Assembly (NCBI GenBank): GCA_000320545.1
Contig: ADNK01001729.1
Location: 1 to 60,225 of the forward strand
DNA from: Bigelowiella natans CCMP2755
Lineage: Eukaryota; Protista; Cercozoa
Reading direction: 5' to 3'
DNA: 60,225 nucleotides
Shown here piece by piece: positions 12,745-26,134 of the stretch. Each line of letters starts with the position of its first letter. The stretch's first letter is position 1. The notes under the pieces were generated by a model. The model was not told the origin of the DNA. It did no database searches and saw only the letters and a list, made by a program, of their open reading frames with translations. The position numbers and the translations under genes were made by a program.

Positions 12745-15049
12745 TATGTATATTCAAGTAGATTCGATAGACTGAAATCAATGAAATCAACGTTGTATTC
12801 ATGCTGGCTCAACAAGCATGTTTCCTAAAGTGACAATACACAATAAATTCGCTTCGTGGTGATACAGCACGGGGTCAAACTACGTGACATCTTGGCAATG
12901 CTAACCGTAGCATTGCATGTAGCATTCTCGTCAATACTACCGAACGATTGGTAAGTTGCCGTCTCCAGCAGCATCGAAGAGAGCTGTTTCACCCTTGGAA
13001 CTTTTATGATTCACATCGGCTTTACACTCCTCTACCAGATAGCGCACCATTGCGAGGTCTGATGCGTAGAAAAGAGCTGTGCGACCAAGATCATCTTCCT
13101 GCTCAATAATTGACGATGACAGTCCCCCGACGCCTCTCTTGCCTCTGTCTATTGCAACGGCAGCTTTTCGGACATTGTTGTGTGCCGATTTCACTCCTCC
13201 TCTTCCCTTGCTTTTGACGATGTGCATCACCATCTTAAGATCTCCAGCAAGAACAGCTTTATGCAATGGCTGGGAAAGTAGCAGCACATCCATTAAGTAT
13301 GGAACAGTCACCAGTTGGAATCAAAATTATTTGCAATAAGCGCAAACAACAGAAAAGAAGGGATTTTCAGTATTTATAATTTACAATATTTTCATCATTA
13401 TCATCATCATCATCATCACCACCACCACAGCCATCACCATTATTATGATCATTATCCCCTATGCATCGTAGCGTACGTCCCATGCTAAACAACAAACAAG
13501 CTCCCTACATTCTGATAATTCTACATTACCTGCTCATCAAACATGTCGTCGAATGAATCATCAAAGGGGCGCTACAGTGCATAACAGCATACAACGATGC
13601 AATCATAAGAACCATCGTTATAACTTGCCGGGAGAAGATCGATTTGATTCCAGTTGGAACCAAAACCAACAGCATAATAAGGTGCTGATGAGGACCAAAA
13701 CAAAAACTTGCGCACACACCTTCACCGCGCATTCATTTGATGATTATCGTGATGATACGTGTGAAATACCTTTATTGTGTGGCCTTTAGCCTCAATGACA
13801 TCTTGAAGATAATCTGCAATTTCTTCGTTCACTGCCCAATCGTGCGCTGTATAACCATCATGGTTCTCCCTGATAGGATCAACATTCCCGCTCTCTACGA
13901 GGTACTCAACCACCTCCAGATTTCCCCCAGCTGCGGCCTCGAAAAGAACCGTTCCACCGCTCTCGTCCTTATTTAAGATCAAATGTTACTATATGGCATA
14001 CTTCGATTTCATCTTCTTTCTCAAGCAATAAAGAGTTTATTTCTTGCCCTTGCATGCAAATAAGTAATAATTCCATTAGCATGAGTTGGGGGGATCATTG
14101 GACGTTACTAGCATTACCTTCTGGTTAGCATTCATCCTACACTCCTCAATCAAGTAGCGGACTACATCAAGCTTTCCTGAGTCATGATAACGATGATGCA
14201 TTCACAATTACATATTTCTTCCTCAATGAGTCGAAAGGTTGTCAGGATATTTGGATAGTAGCAGCGGTAGAATTGGTAGTGGTGGCAGTATCATATTATG
14301 TAACTTGTTGTGTTATTCAAACACAAAGGAGCTTGAATGTCCATCAATTTGCAACAAATGTGGTCGCTTTGTTTGTTATTGGCGCTCATTCGTGTTTTAT
14401 TGTTTGCCCTTCCAGCCCACTCTTAGTAAAAAAGAAGATACTGCTTAAAGATCCGCTTTCGACCTTGTCTTGCAGCATGAAACAGAGGTGTTTTGCCCAG
14501 AGAATCGCTTTGTTTGGCGTCACAACGCAAATTTTCTACGAAATGCTTCACCTTGTAATCATGAAGTAGGAATACAAACCGTTCACGCTTAGGCTGCCAA
14601 GTTTAAATCGATGATGGGATAATAAATAACAAACACCAAACACCCCACCTCTCCAAGGCTTCCTGTAGCCGCAGCAAAATGTAGGGAGGAGTGGCCTACT
14701 TGATCATGCTGCTGGCCTTGCTTGCAACAGCAGTCAATCCTAACGGCCAGTAAGGCCCCCATTGCGCGGATGGAAGACTATGTGGGAAGTCAACTATTGT
14801 GCCAAATCAAGGTGGCGTTGCTGAGGATGATAGTGATTAAATAAATAATGATTGTGACTCGTTTTTGTTGCTTCCTCCTCCTCCTCCTCCTCCTCCTTCT
14901 CTCGGCCCCGCGGAAAATAGATAGTTATTCCGACCATCGGAAAGGAGATGTACCAGCCCATTCTTCCCTGCGACAAGCTTATAGTCCTTACGACAGACGT
15001 AAAACCTCTGCATTTCGATGACATTCGTCAAGAGATAATGTCCCAACAT
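12120..15049 (-). CDS. Multi-exon ankyrin-repeat protein
   Basis: Repeats GHSSLHFAAATGSL, GKTPLFHAARQG, GGTVLFEAAAGGNLEVVEYLVE, PLHKAVLAGDLKMV, GRTALFYASDLAMVRYLVEE, GETALFDAAGDGNLPIV and GQTPLFFAAGS. Start position uncertain. Confidence 0.85.
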
Positions 15050-15274
15050 TTAGATACTGCGACATTGAAATATATAAGATATATACGGGTATATCATATA
15101 ACATGTCTATTATGAGCATACATTGTGCAACATGTCCATTGTGTACTTGTGCTCTCTTATTGTCAGAGTGCGCTAGTACGCATGCGCGACAAATGGTGAC
15201 ATGTGAGCACATCTAGATGTATGCTGCATAATTGTAGACACGTAATGTCATACATGTAATCATGTGTGTTGTTA

Positions 15275-16618
15275 CTGTGTCCATTGCAAGCATGGACACG
15301 CAACATCATGTGTGTGATCACGTGTGTTGTCACTGTGTCCATCATCATGGCTGTGACAGCTTCATTGGGATGACCATTGAAAAGATTTTGTCGCTTCAAT
15401 GCATCCGTCTCATGTCATCAAATGTGCAATGGACACAGTGCAACAGACATGGCAATGGCATGCATGATGTGTGCATGATGTTGCGTGTCTGTGATCAGTG
15501 ATGGCATGCATGACACGCACATGATGTTGTTGCATGTCTGCAATGCATTGCGCTGTGGGCACGTGTCTACTGTCATTTTGTTGTTGCTTCTATTGCAAAC
15601 TTGTGTCATGCATGTGATGCTAGCTACAACCTACTAGCTAGCTAGCGCGCGCATGCATGGCACTAGAGCTAGATGAGCATGCATTCTAGATGTTGGGAAC
15701 CACGTACCAATCTAGCAATGCTTTGAGATTGATGCCTTGTAATGCCCATGCTTGGCTAACTAGCCAATGGAGAAATACTCAAGCGGGGCGCGCCAGAGCC
15801 CCAAACTCGGATTTTAGCACCCGCCGCACAGCCAGAGCCCCATGCGCATGTGCAATGTGTGCCCTACCTAGCTACTATGCATCATATATGCGTATAGGCT
15901 CTGGCGCGCTCGTCATGCTAGCATGGTTACGTTACTTAATCTACACAACGTTGTGTAGAAATGGAGACTCCGTCTATCGTGAAGACGACTCATGCCATGT
16001 CCAGGCTAGCAGGGACAAAATCAACGTCCCATCAAGTTTCGCCGGCTCGGTTTAAGCTTACTATCTAAAGGCTTTATCACTGGATGATGCAAAATGCCCT
16101 TTCATCTTTCGATCATTATAGACACCTCAACACGCAGTAATAGGCTCTCAGATAGCATATACTTAATTATTATGGACACAGTAATAGCATGTACAATGCA
16201 CATGCATGTGCATGTATGTCTAGATATGTGCTAGCGCGTGCCAGCGTGAGACCACGTCATCTCCATTGGAAAACTTCAAAGTGAACATCGAACCCCTCGC
16301 TATGAACGAACACAGATCGCAGTGTGAACGCTGACGCCAGAACATGCCAAAATGATCGAAACCATCAAGATTGACGTGAAGCACAGCCAGCTAGTCAGCA
16401 GCGCTCTTTGAAAGCGACAAGCGCAACGGCCTCGTGAGTGTGTGCCAATGTGAACCACCACACCTGGACGTTTCTTTTCACATCGGCGGATTTTGGCACG
16501 TGTGCAGGCGCGTGTTCGGGGTTGCGCATGGCATGTGCACACAACATGGCGTTCGCGTAGACAGTGCGCGGCCACAACATGCAGCACTGCTAGACTGTCA
16601 AGATGCAAGACCTGATCA
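15275..16618. repeat. TpA-depleted, CTAG-sparing intergenic island (degenerate repeats or mobile-element remnant)
   Basis: No TA from ~15275 to 15567 and very few in 16240-16618. Degenerate direct and inverted copies of tgttgt[t/c]actgtgtccat at ~15266, ~15325 and ~15428. CTAG clusters at 15619-15690. Confidence 0.75.
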
Positions 16619-16942
16619 TTAAAATTTCACGCTTCTGATTCTTTTGTGTTCTTCATTTCTAATTGAGTTGAATTTTTGGAAAGTTAATTTAGAGGTCACC
16701 TAAATAAGAACTGTTTCTAGCAGTGTCCCGTGAGGTTCTGCTACTTCATTACAACATTTTTTGTTTTTTTAGCTAGATTATATCGACATATGACACGAAT
16801 ATAACGACATTGACTTTACAATAATGAGCGCAAGATATAACCGACAGTGAGCGGAGCATCTACCCAAATCATTTGCCTTAGGATCGCAAGTCTGTTTTCT
16901 AATAAGTCCAACCTAATCAGGCTTTTCTCCCCCTGAAGAAGT

Positions 16943-17404
16943 TTACGCGATCTGTGGGGATATGGTGTCAAAAACAAACATGAAGTAATAGAACACTGAT
17001 AGAGTGCACAAGCAGGACCCACCACGCAGCATCCCCCATTTTTCTGCGTTTCCTGCTCAGACGGTGCAGATTGCTTCGACTCGCTATTTCCAGCCTTCTT
17101 TCGATTTTTCCTTGCTGCTTTCAGTTCTTTCATGTTCATACTGCCTTTAGTTTTTTGACCAGGTGGAGGGACTATGAATACAAACATATAGAGAGCACCG
17201 AAATGAGTAATGCTACATAATTGTTTTACATGATGCGTTGATGACGCCTTGAAATTCTCTCGAAGTCTTCCAACTATCTATTTTTCTCATACATTTTTTC
17301 TTAAAATCAAAACAGTAACATAGTTTAGCTTTGAGACTTCAACTGAATAGACCTAGATTGGATTCATTTGTGTTCTGCTCCTCGCTGTGGGCCTCGACGC
17401 CCAT
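16943..17404 (-). CDS. Small (~79 aa) basic protein with a C-terminal CaaX prenylation box; 4 exons
   Basis: Exons join in frame: MGVEAHSEEQNTNESNL|DSWKTSREFQ|VPPPGQKTKGSMNMKELKAARKNRKKAGNSESKQSAPSEQETQKNGGCCV|IA*. One intron needs a GC donor. Confidence 0.6.
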
Positions 17405-17903
17405 TCCAGCGGGTTTGTTGATACTCAAAACAAAACTTTCTCAGAATTGTGTTGCGGTTTATTTTCCACATAAAATGTGAAATATATGTAGCACTTTTCG
17501 TGCGACAATGTTGTTTGGAATACGTAGTCTAAAAAGAGTGAATCTGCTTCCGATTCCGCGGGGGATTCTAGCTCAAACGTGGAATGAAGCACTTCTCCTT
17601 ACATTTTTCCTGACAGAATTTCTCAAAATGCGTCAATGCTGTGCAGTTGTCGCATACATTTTTACATCTGCATATTTCCAGATTTTCTCACCTAGATTGC
17701 GCGTTATAATTCAAGTTAGGAGCTTGAACAAGTTGTCGCATGCAGGAAATGCAATCATACCTTGAAAATTCAAAAATAAGTCAGTAGTCACGAGGAATTC
17801 CGAAAAATCGGCCTGCATTTCGCCTATATAATGGGAGTTTGTACCTCCAAATAGCAACATAGCCAGTTGCCTCAAAACCTCGCCCCATTTTTGACTGGAG
17901 GAG

Positions 17904-18440
17904 ATGCAGTTAAGGAGGGTTCGGAGCGAAACCCTTGGTGGATCCGCAGGAACCAGCATGATAAAAATTCTTGAGGTGAATCGGAGGAACTCTAAATATG
18001 TCGGAGCTGCCTTTTGCAGTAGAAAATGATGTATAATTACAACACGGGCTGCATGTGTGCTGAATGATCATCACAACTCGTTTGCTATCGAGCAAAGAAG
18101 TCAACAACTTTGATTACTATTGTTTAGGGAACCTTGCAGAAAAAATCTCCGAAGGGCGTGTGGGCTGCGCATATGTGGCAAACGCGCTACTTCATTCTGT
18201 AACTCTAAATTCTAAACTCATAACATATTTTTGTGAGTATGACAGCACACATGATTTTTCATGAAATGTATCTTAGCTATAGCAACGAACTACAATATTT
18301 CCGGAAAGAGGGATTTGGAACCCCAACGGGAACACTAAATTTACAGGATATATCATCGGTAACCATCTCGAAAATGGTCTCTCCTCTGACCATTTATTGC
18401 ACTACTTGTTTATCGAAACAACCTCCACACAGAGATAGAC

Positions 18441-18487
<47 letters not shown>

Positions 18488-19250
18488 CACATGTATAAGA
18501 ATGTACAATTTTCACAACTATTGCTTATACGTGATATCAAATGTTAAGATTATATGGCAATGTTTCACGCTGTATTTCTAAGATGCCGCATCATCCTCAG
18601 ATAAAGCATTATGACCGGAAGAAGAAGGGGTCGCTTTACAATTATAATAGCAGCTCAAACGCATTAACACACACGCATACACGTAAACGTGCACACTCTC
18701 ACACACCTATGGAAGTGTGTACGTATGGGTATATGTGTGTGTGTGTGTGTGTGTTTGTAGCATTCCATAAGGCGTTATTACTATATTAGTACACTCAAAA
18801 ATAACTAGTAGGTCACTGTCGTATTGCATAGTCGTACATATATATTGCAGACTGATATGATCCACGATAATAATTATTCTTAAATTCAATGAAAAGTCGG
18901 CGATTCGACGTCCTCATTGGAGGGACGACAAGATGTAATAATATATGTGACTTTTCGCATTAAGCATGTCTACAACAGCATGTACGCACGCACACACGCA
19001 AGCAAAAACATACACACACACACATACACACATACACACAAACACATGCAGTTCGTGGTTGATAGATACGGGATATACATCAAGTTAAAGTGTCTTTTAG
19101 TAGAGAAAATATATCAAAGTCCGACGTATTAGACACACTAGCTATTATGTCTTCTCATCTTCTTTACGTTTGTCGTTACATAACAGGCTTTGCACTCTTA
19201 GCACCATCACGTGAGGACGCGGTAAATAACATATGCACTATCCTTCAATC

Positions 19251-19293
<43 letters not shown>

Positions 19294-21549
19294 TATATAT
19301 TTGTGATTTTACAGATGCAATGGGTGTCTCGACTGCGACTAGGAATAATGAGTCTGAAACACCATTCTCAGGCAAGAGTAAGTAAAAATAAACCGTAGAG
19401 TATACATATTAACACGCATATCAATGCTTTGACCTACCATTGCTTTGAACATTCCAACGAAAAACACACCTCATTAGACATGGTTATTTGTGTTTAATTT
19501 CTGACCACTGCCCTCCTTTTCCTACGTCGCCAGTCTGCCTTACGACGACCGAGTCTTCTTGCCCACAAAAACAAGTTTTGGAAGAATAAACTCAGATCCC
19601 AGACAATATCCGAGAAAAAGGGGTGATGGCGCCAGCGACGATAGCGGCAATGATGATGATGGATGTTATGATTATGGAACTTAACCGTTTGAGCGATGCG
19701 TTACTTGAAAATGCCTTCTGATGGCATAATGAATATCCATGTCTCCTGGTGGGGGAGATCGCATTTAATGTTTGTTTTTACACAGAACCTATTCACATAC
19801 ATAGCCACATAGATATTCGGTTTCTTCGTTCGGTTTCTGTGCAAAATACTATCAATTGTCAATTCTATAATATATGTTACGGCAGGGACTACAGTGGTTA
19901 TGGAAGCTTAAGAAGAGGGGGAACGCTTCAACCTATTCTGACAGAGGACACTAAATCCAACGCCAGCAAGCAACCACATTTCCTCATGGATCCAGTCCAA
20001 GATGTGTCGTAAAAATATCGCTAACACATACCACCGACAGCGCAACGTTTAAGCGTTGTTATTGTTGCACATGCGTGTTGTGGACATGGATGTTCGTGTA
20101 CGAATCGATGTCTCTTCTGTTGTACTTTGGATAGCCGTACGTCAAAAAATCTGAACTTTTTAAACAGGAAAAGATGAGACTTGAAGGACATTTTCCAATC
20201 GTGACAGAGTAATTGTAGTAGTAGTAATTGTTGTTGTTGTTGTATTAGTAGTAGTAGTAGTAGCAGCAGCGCTAATACTAGTTGTAGATAAATTAGTAAA
20301 ACAATCGTCGGTCACTCGAATACTTACGATCGTTATTTTGATTCGATCTATCTCAGCCATAATTTATTCCATCAGGTGTATAAAAATATCTAACTCTTTC
20401 TTTCTGTGTGATAAACGTACTTATTAATTGGTTAGGGAGGATGAGCGCTTGGTTCTTTTAACGGCAGGATCAGTCCTTAAAGTAGTAGTCATAAAAAATT
20501 ACCCCTTCTACACAAACGCAAACGAAAAATTGATATCATGAAGTGGCCAAGAAATTCACAAATTCATTGCTAAAGATACCTACAAGATAACGAAGAAATT
20601 TTCCTCATTATTTAATAACTACAAAATGAAGACGAAGCTATAAAATGAGAACGTATATGAGAATCGAGCATGGAGAGTTAGTTTTGCTCCAATGAGCCAT
20701 ACAGTTTTTGAATTGGTCTAAAGCATATGAATGATTTTCAGATAGATAATCGTATCAGTAATTTAAAATATTGGTTTCGTGTTTCCTTATGTCTCTTATT
20801 TTAAAAAATGATGGTGACAAAATATAAAATTGAAATCTACATTAGGGAGGAAGGCTCCCTTATCTTTTGCATTGCGTTCGAGGCAGTTTCACATCGAGTA
20901 AGGTGATGAACATGTAAAAGAAATAAAAATGAATATGATCAATGATAGCTAAACGTCTACAGCTCCTTGGAACAATGAAGGACATTTTGGCAAAGCGTCG
21001 TAAAATGAAATCTCCGCACTTGATGCGGTATTAACAGCGGACTCATGAGCGTGTTACGAATGTTGGTAGAAGAACTTTTTCTTCTAGTTTACACAGAAGG
21101 ATATCGAAGGAAATGCAGATTTCATTTTACTGCGAGAAATAACTCCTCTGTCTTCTAAAATAGAGTACTCAATTCGAATAAGTATGGATGCAAAGGAATA
21201 GCCTAATGTTTGGCACGTCGATCTTTAATTTCCATGCAAAATCATATGCCGTAGTGAAATCTAAGGCTTTATGTCAGTGAAATCTGGGTTATTTTTATCT
21301 ACAAGCACGATATTATTCTGATGATTTTTCAATTTGTAATTAAGAATGGTATCTCATGGGTCGGGACCATTAAATTCAGAAAGCGAATCGATATATTATA
21401 TTCTCTACGCTTTGGTACAATCGATTTTCATTTACTAAACGTTTTTTTTTGCATATGCTTTTTATTGTATTATGAAATATCACTGTGCGTGTTTGTGTAC
21501 GTGAGAGCAAAAGAGAAAGAAAGGGAGGGAGAAAAAGAAATGGGGAGAA

Positions 21550-21592
<43 letters not shown>

Positions 21593-22358
21593 AAGCAAGA
21601 GAAAACGTTTGAATCATGTGAACAGCGCTAGAATTACAGAATATCACGATATTGTATATTTGTGGTTTTTGCTCAATTAAGCCTACCTACCAAATCTCCC
21701 TTATGGATCATATACGAAATGTAGGAGCTATGAACACTGAAGGAGGTTTACATACCTAGTTATGTCATTCCATTCTCATCTCCCTTTATGCTAGCAAGAT
21801 ATAAGTATTATTGTATACACATAGTGTATGTTTCAAATGTACTTTGAACTCACACCTATTGTGATATGAATAATAGAGATTATGGCCATTGCAAAGCAGA
21901 TTGCACAATTAATACTAACGGCTCATCAGCACAAAATCGCTTTGAAAACGTAGAACAATGATCTTTTAATTCAATAATAATTTAAAAGATACAATGATAA
22001 ATTTACTGCAGTATACTATATATGCTGTGTATTATTATGCCGTTCCATTTTACAAATTTAAATAAAATTCCTAGAAGTTTACTCGATTTGTTAGCTGAAA
22101 TAATAGAAGTCAAATGAACAAGTTTAATAAAATACAGCACCGAAATGTAAGTCTTTTATAATAATATCAGTTTCGTCATTGTAGGTAGCAAACAGTGCTG
22201 TACTAATGTCGTTAATGTTATATATTTTTATTACATGCAGGTTGCGTACAGAAACTATCTTCCTTGAGGTACAAGTACGAACAAATAATACGATAATGGC
22301 CGACACATAGAGCTACACTCTACCCCCCCCCCCCCCCCCCCCCCCCCCACACACACAC

Positions 22359-22401
<43 letters not shown>

Positions 22402-23838
22402 AATATGTTTCCTTGTTCCCCTGCTCTTGGAAAACAGCGAAATGGTAACATTGTCTTCGTTGATCCATGGTTCACAGTTCAGAGTCAAGAGGTAGTTGAC
22501 AATCTCGGTAGTTTGAAAGACAAGGCAAAGCAATACTTGCAGTCTTTAAAAATAGGCGTATCGAATCTAAAACAATCGTTCACCATCAGACCCCTATGAC
22601 GACACGAACGCCGAGAGAATACCTACCTCCCGAGGCGGAGACGATTAGAAATTCAGGAAAAGCAGCATTGAATGAGTACATTAATCGGAATATGCTTTTT
22701 ATTATGCACTTATATGGATTGAATATTAAAGATTTTGATACTGGAAACAAACCATGAGCGGCACCTATGAGCATTTCATCACTTCATTGAGCACAGTGTA
22801 AATTTAAATATGTATAGTTATGATAGTTTGCATGATATATTTCAGCATAGAGAAGACTAGGGACTGGTGGCGGTTGGGAATTGTCCTCTACGAGTGCTTC
22901 GTGGGTATGCCTCCATTCCAAGAGGAAATTCATTGGGTCAATAATGTAAGTTTTGCATGTCTATTACTACTGATGGAATTGAACATTACAAAGCATATGG
23001 TGATACACTATTTGTGGCAGACTGGCAATGCAGCCACATCGTTGAATTTACCTCTTCACACCCCTACGAAGCTCCAAACAGTGCTTGTTGATTTGTTGAG
23101 TTGTCTACAAACGGGTACATTGGCACGATGACAGCCTATTGTCCCTAGGATGATGTAGATACAAATGAGGAAGAGATGTCTTGGACTTGTTAGTGCAGCA
23201 TGTTCGTGTGGGCATGTAGGTAGGTGGTGTGATCGATGTGATATGAGATGCGTAAGATGCTATATTTCGTCCTCATTATGTACAATTGATATCTTTTGTC
23301 ACATTCACATAGGTTTTCAAGAAAATGATAAGGTTTTTGGCAGAATGTTCGAAGTGTCGCACGAGTGTCGCAACGAGACACCAGTCTCTTCTCAAACACC
23401 AGAGATAAGGAAGGAGCCTCTAGAGGTTCCCAAAGGACTACACAATGAGTATCTTACGAATGATCTTCTTGATGCAGGAGCAATGTAGTGGAGATTTTGT
23501 CTTAGAGTAACTAGTTAGAATGACTACTATGTTTCGTAGTTTGAACACTTAAAATCTATCCTGATCCCTTTGTAAATCATTTTAGAATCATAGTCTCTCT
23601 GTGATACCAACACTATCAACACAACGCATAGTGTGCTCTCACAATTGTTTTAGTAGTTATGCACCTATTGTTACAACCATTGCGCAGATATCCAAGTCCA
23701 AAGAGGCTATATTCCATGATTGTTCAGGTACAAATAGTCTCCCCAACCCCCATAATATCTCACATTTCATTAACCACCCATCAAAAGAAATACCAATACA
23801 TATTGTAAATAAATATATACATACATGTACATATATAA

Positions 23839-23884
<46 letters not shown>

Positions 23885-24649
23885 TACATATAACAATTCG
23901 AACGAACCAATTATGTATGATCTGGCGTGTATCACAGTAAACATGATGAACTTTCAGATTAAACGTGTGACGGACTTAGAGTTCCTCCTTCCCTCTTCTT
24001 CAGCTGTTGAACCCTCGTTGCTATCCCCAAAACTGCCATACACTGGGTAAGATAAGATTATTTAATTTTGATACTTTGGTGAATCTCTCCAATTATGACA
24101 TTCTATCGGTCATATGATGACCAATATGCAACTTTTGGTAACTTGATGCAGTTGTACTATTTATGATCACATTAGCGAATGCACGTATAGATGCAAAGTA
24201 TGTATATATGTATGAATATATGAAAGCAGGCACAGTTATATTAGACCATTTGAATATGATGTTCATGTTATTCTGAACCCAATGTACCAAAGGCGAACTC
24301 GACGACTAAGTGCCTTTCTTACGAAGGGCGGGTCTTTGAACTCAGAAACGGGAGAACAGGTTCTGAGTACCAGAATTATCATCTAGCATTTCATTGCAAG
24401 GAGAAGCATGTTTGTCGACAACGTATTGGAGTGGTGTGGCTTGCGTATATTGTAAACTATGTGACTTTTCATTATGCACACCCAGAGAAAATCCATGTCG
24501 CGTAGCCCCCGTCGGCCTACATTCAGCCGGTCAACAAGTAGCTATGACCATTATCAATACATGCAGGATGTAGAAAATAAGTAGAAATCCTAATTGACAC
24601 TGGTAAACACTCTGATATTAACGTATATGTGTGGCTGTGTATGTGTGTG

Positions 24650-24692
<43 letters not shown>

Positions 24693-25370
24693 TGCGTGTG
24701 TGTTGTGTGTGTCAATGTGCACAGGTCTTCCGAGAGAGACGAAAAACAGTACATAATATGTGAGATTCTACACTCAGAACAAGTTGGAAAGGCTGTTTCA
24801 ACGATCGGGGTAGGGTTTCTTCATTGATGTATTAAGAATTAAGCACAAAAGTGAACGTATTTCATCTGACAATACAATGTACATCGCAGCATCTTTATCG
24901 AAAATGTTGCATTGTAAATTTATCGGAAAGGTGAGACATTTATCATGTTTCGTAATTAATTGTGCTTCATTAATAGGTCGAAAAAGCTTCATTTAAGACC
25001 GAGAACGAATTCACAGATGTAGATATCTCTCTTCCAGTAACCATCAAGGTATTAACAGCAAATGAATCTTTAAATGGTGACAAAAAGTGAGAAGAAACAA
25101 ACCCAAAAAGAAGCCATGCCACACGTCCTACATTTGGCATTTACATGTTTCACTGCAAGGTGTATTCGGGGAGGATTACTTCGAAGAAATCAAAAACATC
25201 GAGAACATTTATGGTCAAATGAAGATGATATTGATGATAATGTTGAAATTAGACATTGTTTATTTGACTTTAGGTTAATGTTCAATTAGAGAGCACTATG
25301 AATACGATTTAGGAAGCAATAATAGCTACCGAATATCGAATTTTAAAAGTTTGATATATCTATATTTATT

Positions 25371-25410
<40 letters not shown>

Positions 25411-26103
25411 CGGAGACAATAGTACTCTGCAGCTCTTAAATATCGTTTTCATATCTTTCTAAAATCTTTTGAGAGTAGTCGACCACACATATGTACATCT
25501 TTCTAGGGGTCAGTTCTGATTGATTTGCGTCAAATTGTCTACGGGACTTTAAGAAATCGGACGACGAATGATCAATTTGTTGGAGGAAGCGATAGCGGTA
25601 AGGGCTCACATGTTTGGTAGCTTCGAGAAATGCATATGGACATCTACCTCCAAAAACACCATCTATTGTGTATGCATCTATGTTCCTATAATATGTATAA
25701 TTCATATTTGTATCGAGTGTATCATTAAAATTGTGACACTTCCATACACTTTATCTACCTTGTCCTTTTTATATCGACTCATATGCTCCGAAATGTAGTC
25801 TCGCACCAATCTGCTGCTACCATTCATATGGAGGAATGGCTGGAGGTAGCAGTAGCAATAGCAGATATCTAGGGGAAATCTAAACGATAAATAGTAATAT
25901 AGAAAAGAACTCCACATAATATTATAAGTCGAAGAGACAAAGAATTATTGATGACAACAAATAACAACATGACGATGGTAAATTGAATGCGTAGTATTCT
26001 TATATATTCAGACAAAGAAACATTCACTCACACATATGCACATATACTTCCATAGACTGATAAGTAAGAAGAGAAATAGAGAGAGTGAGTAAGACACACA
26101 CAA

Positions 26104-26134
<31 letters not shown>

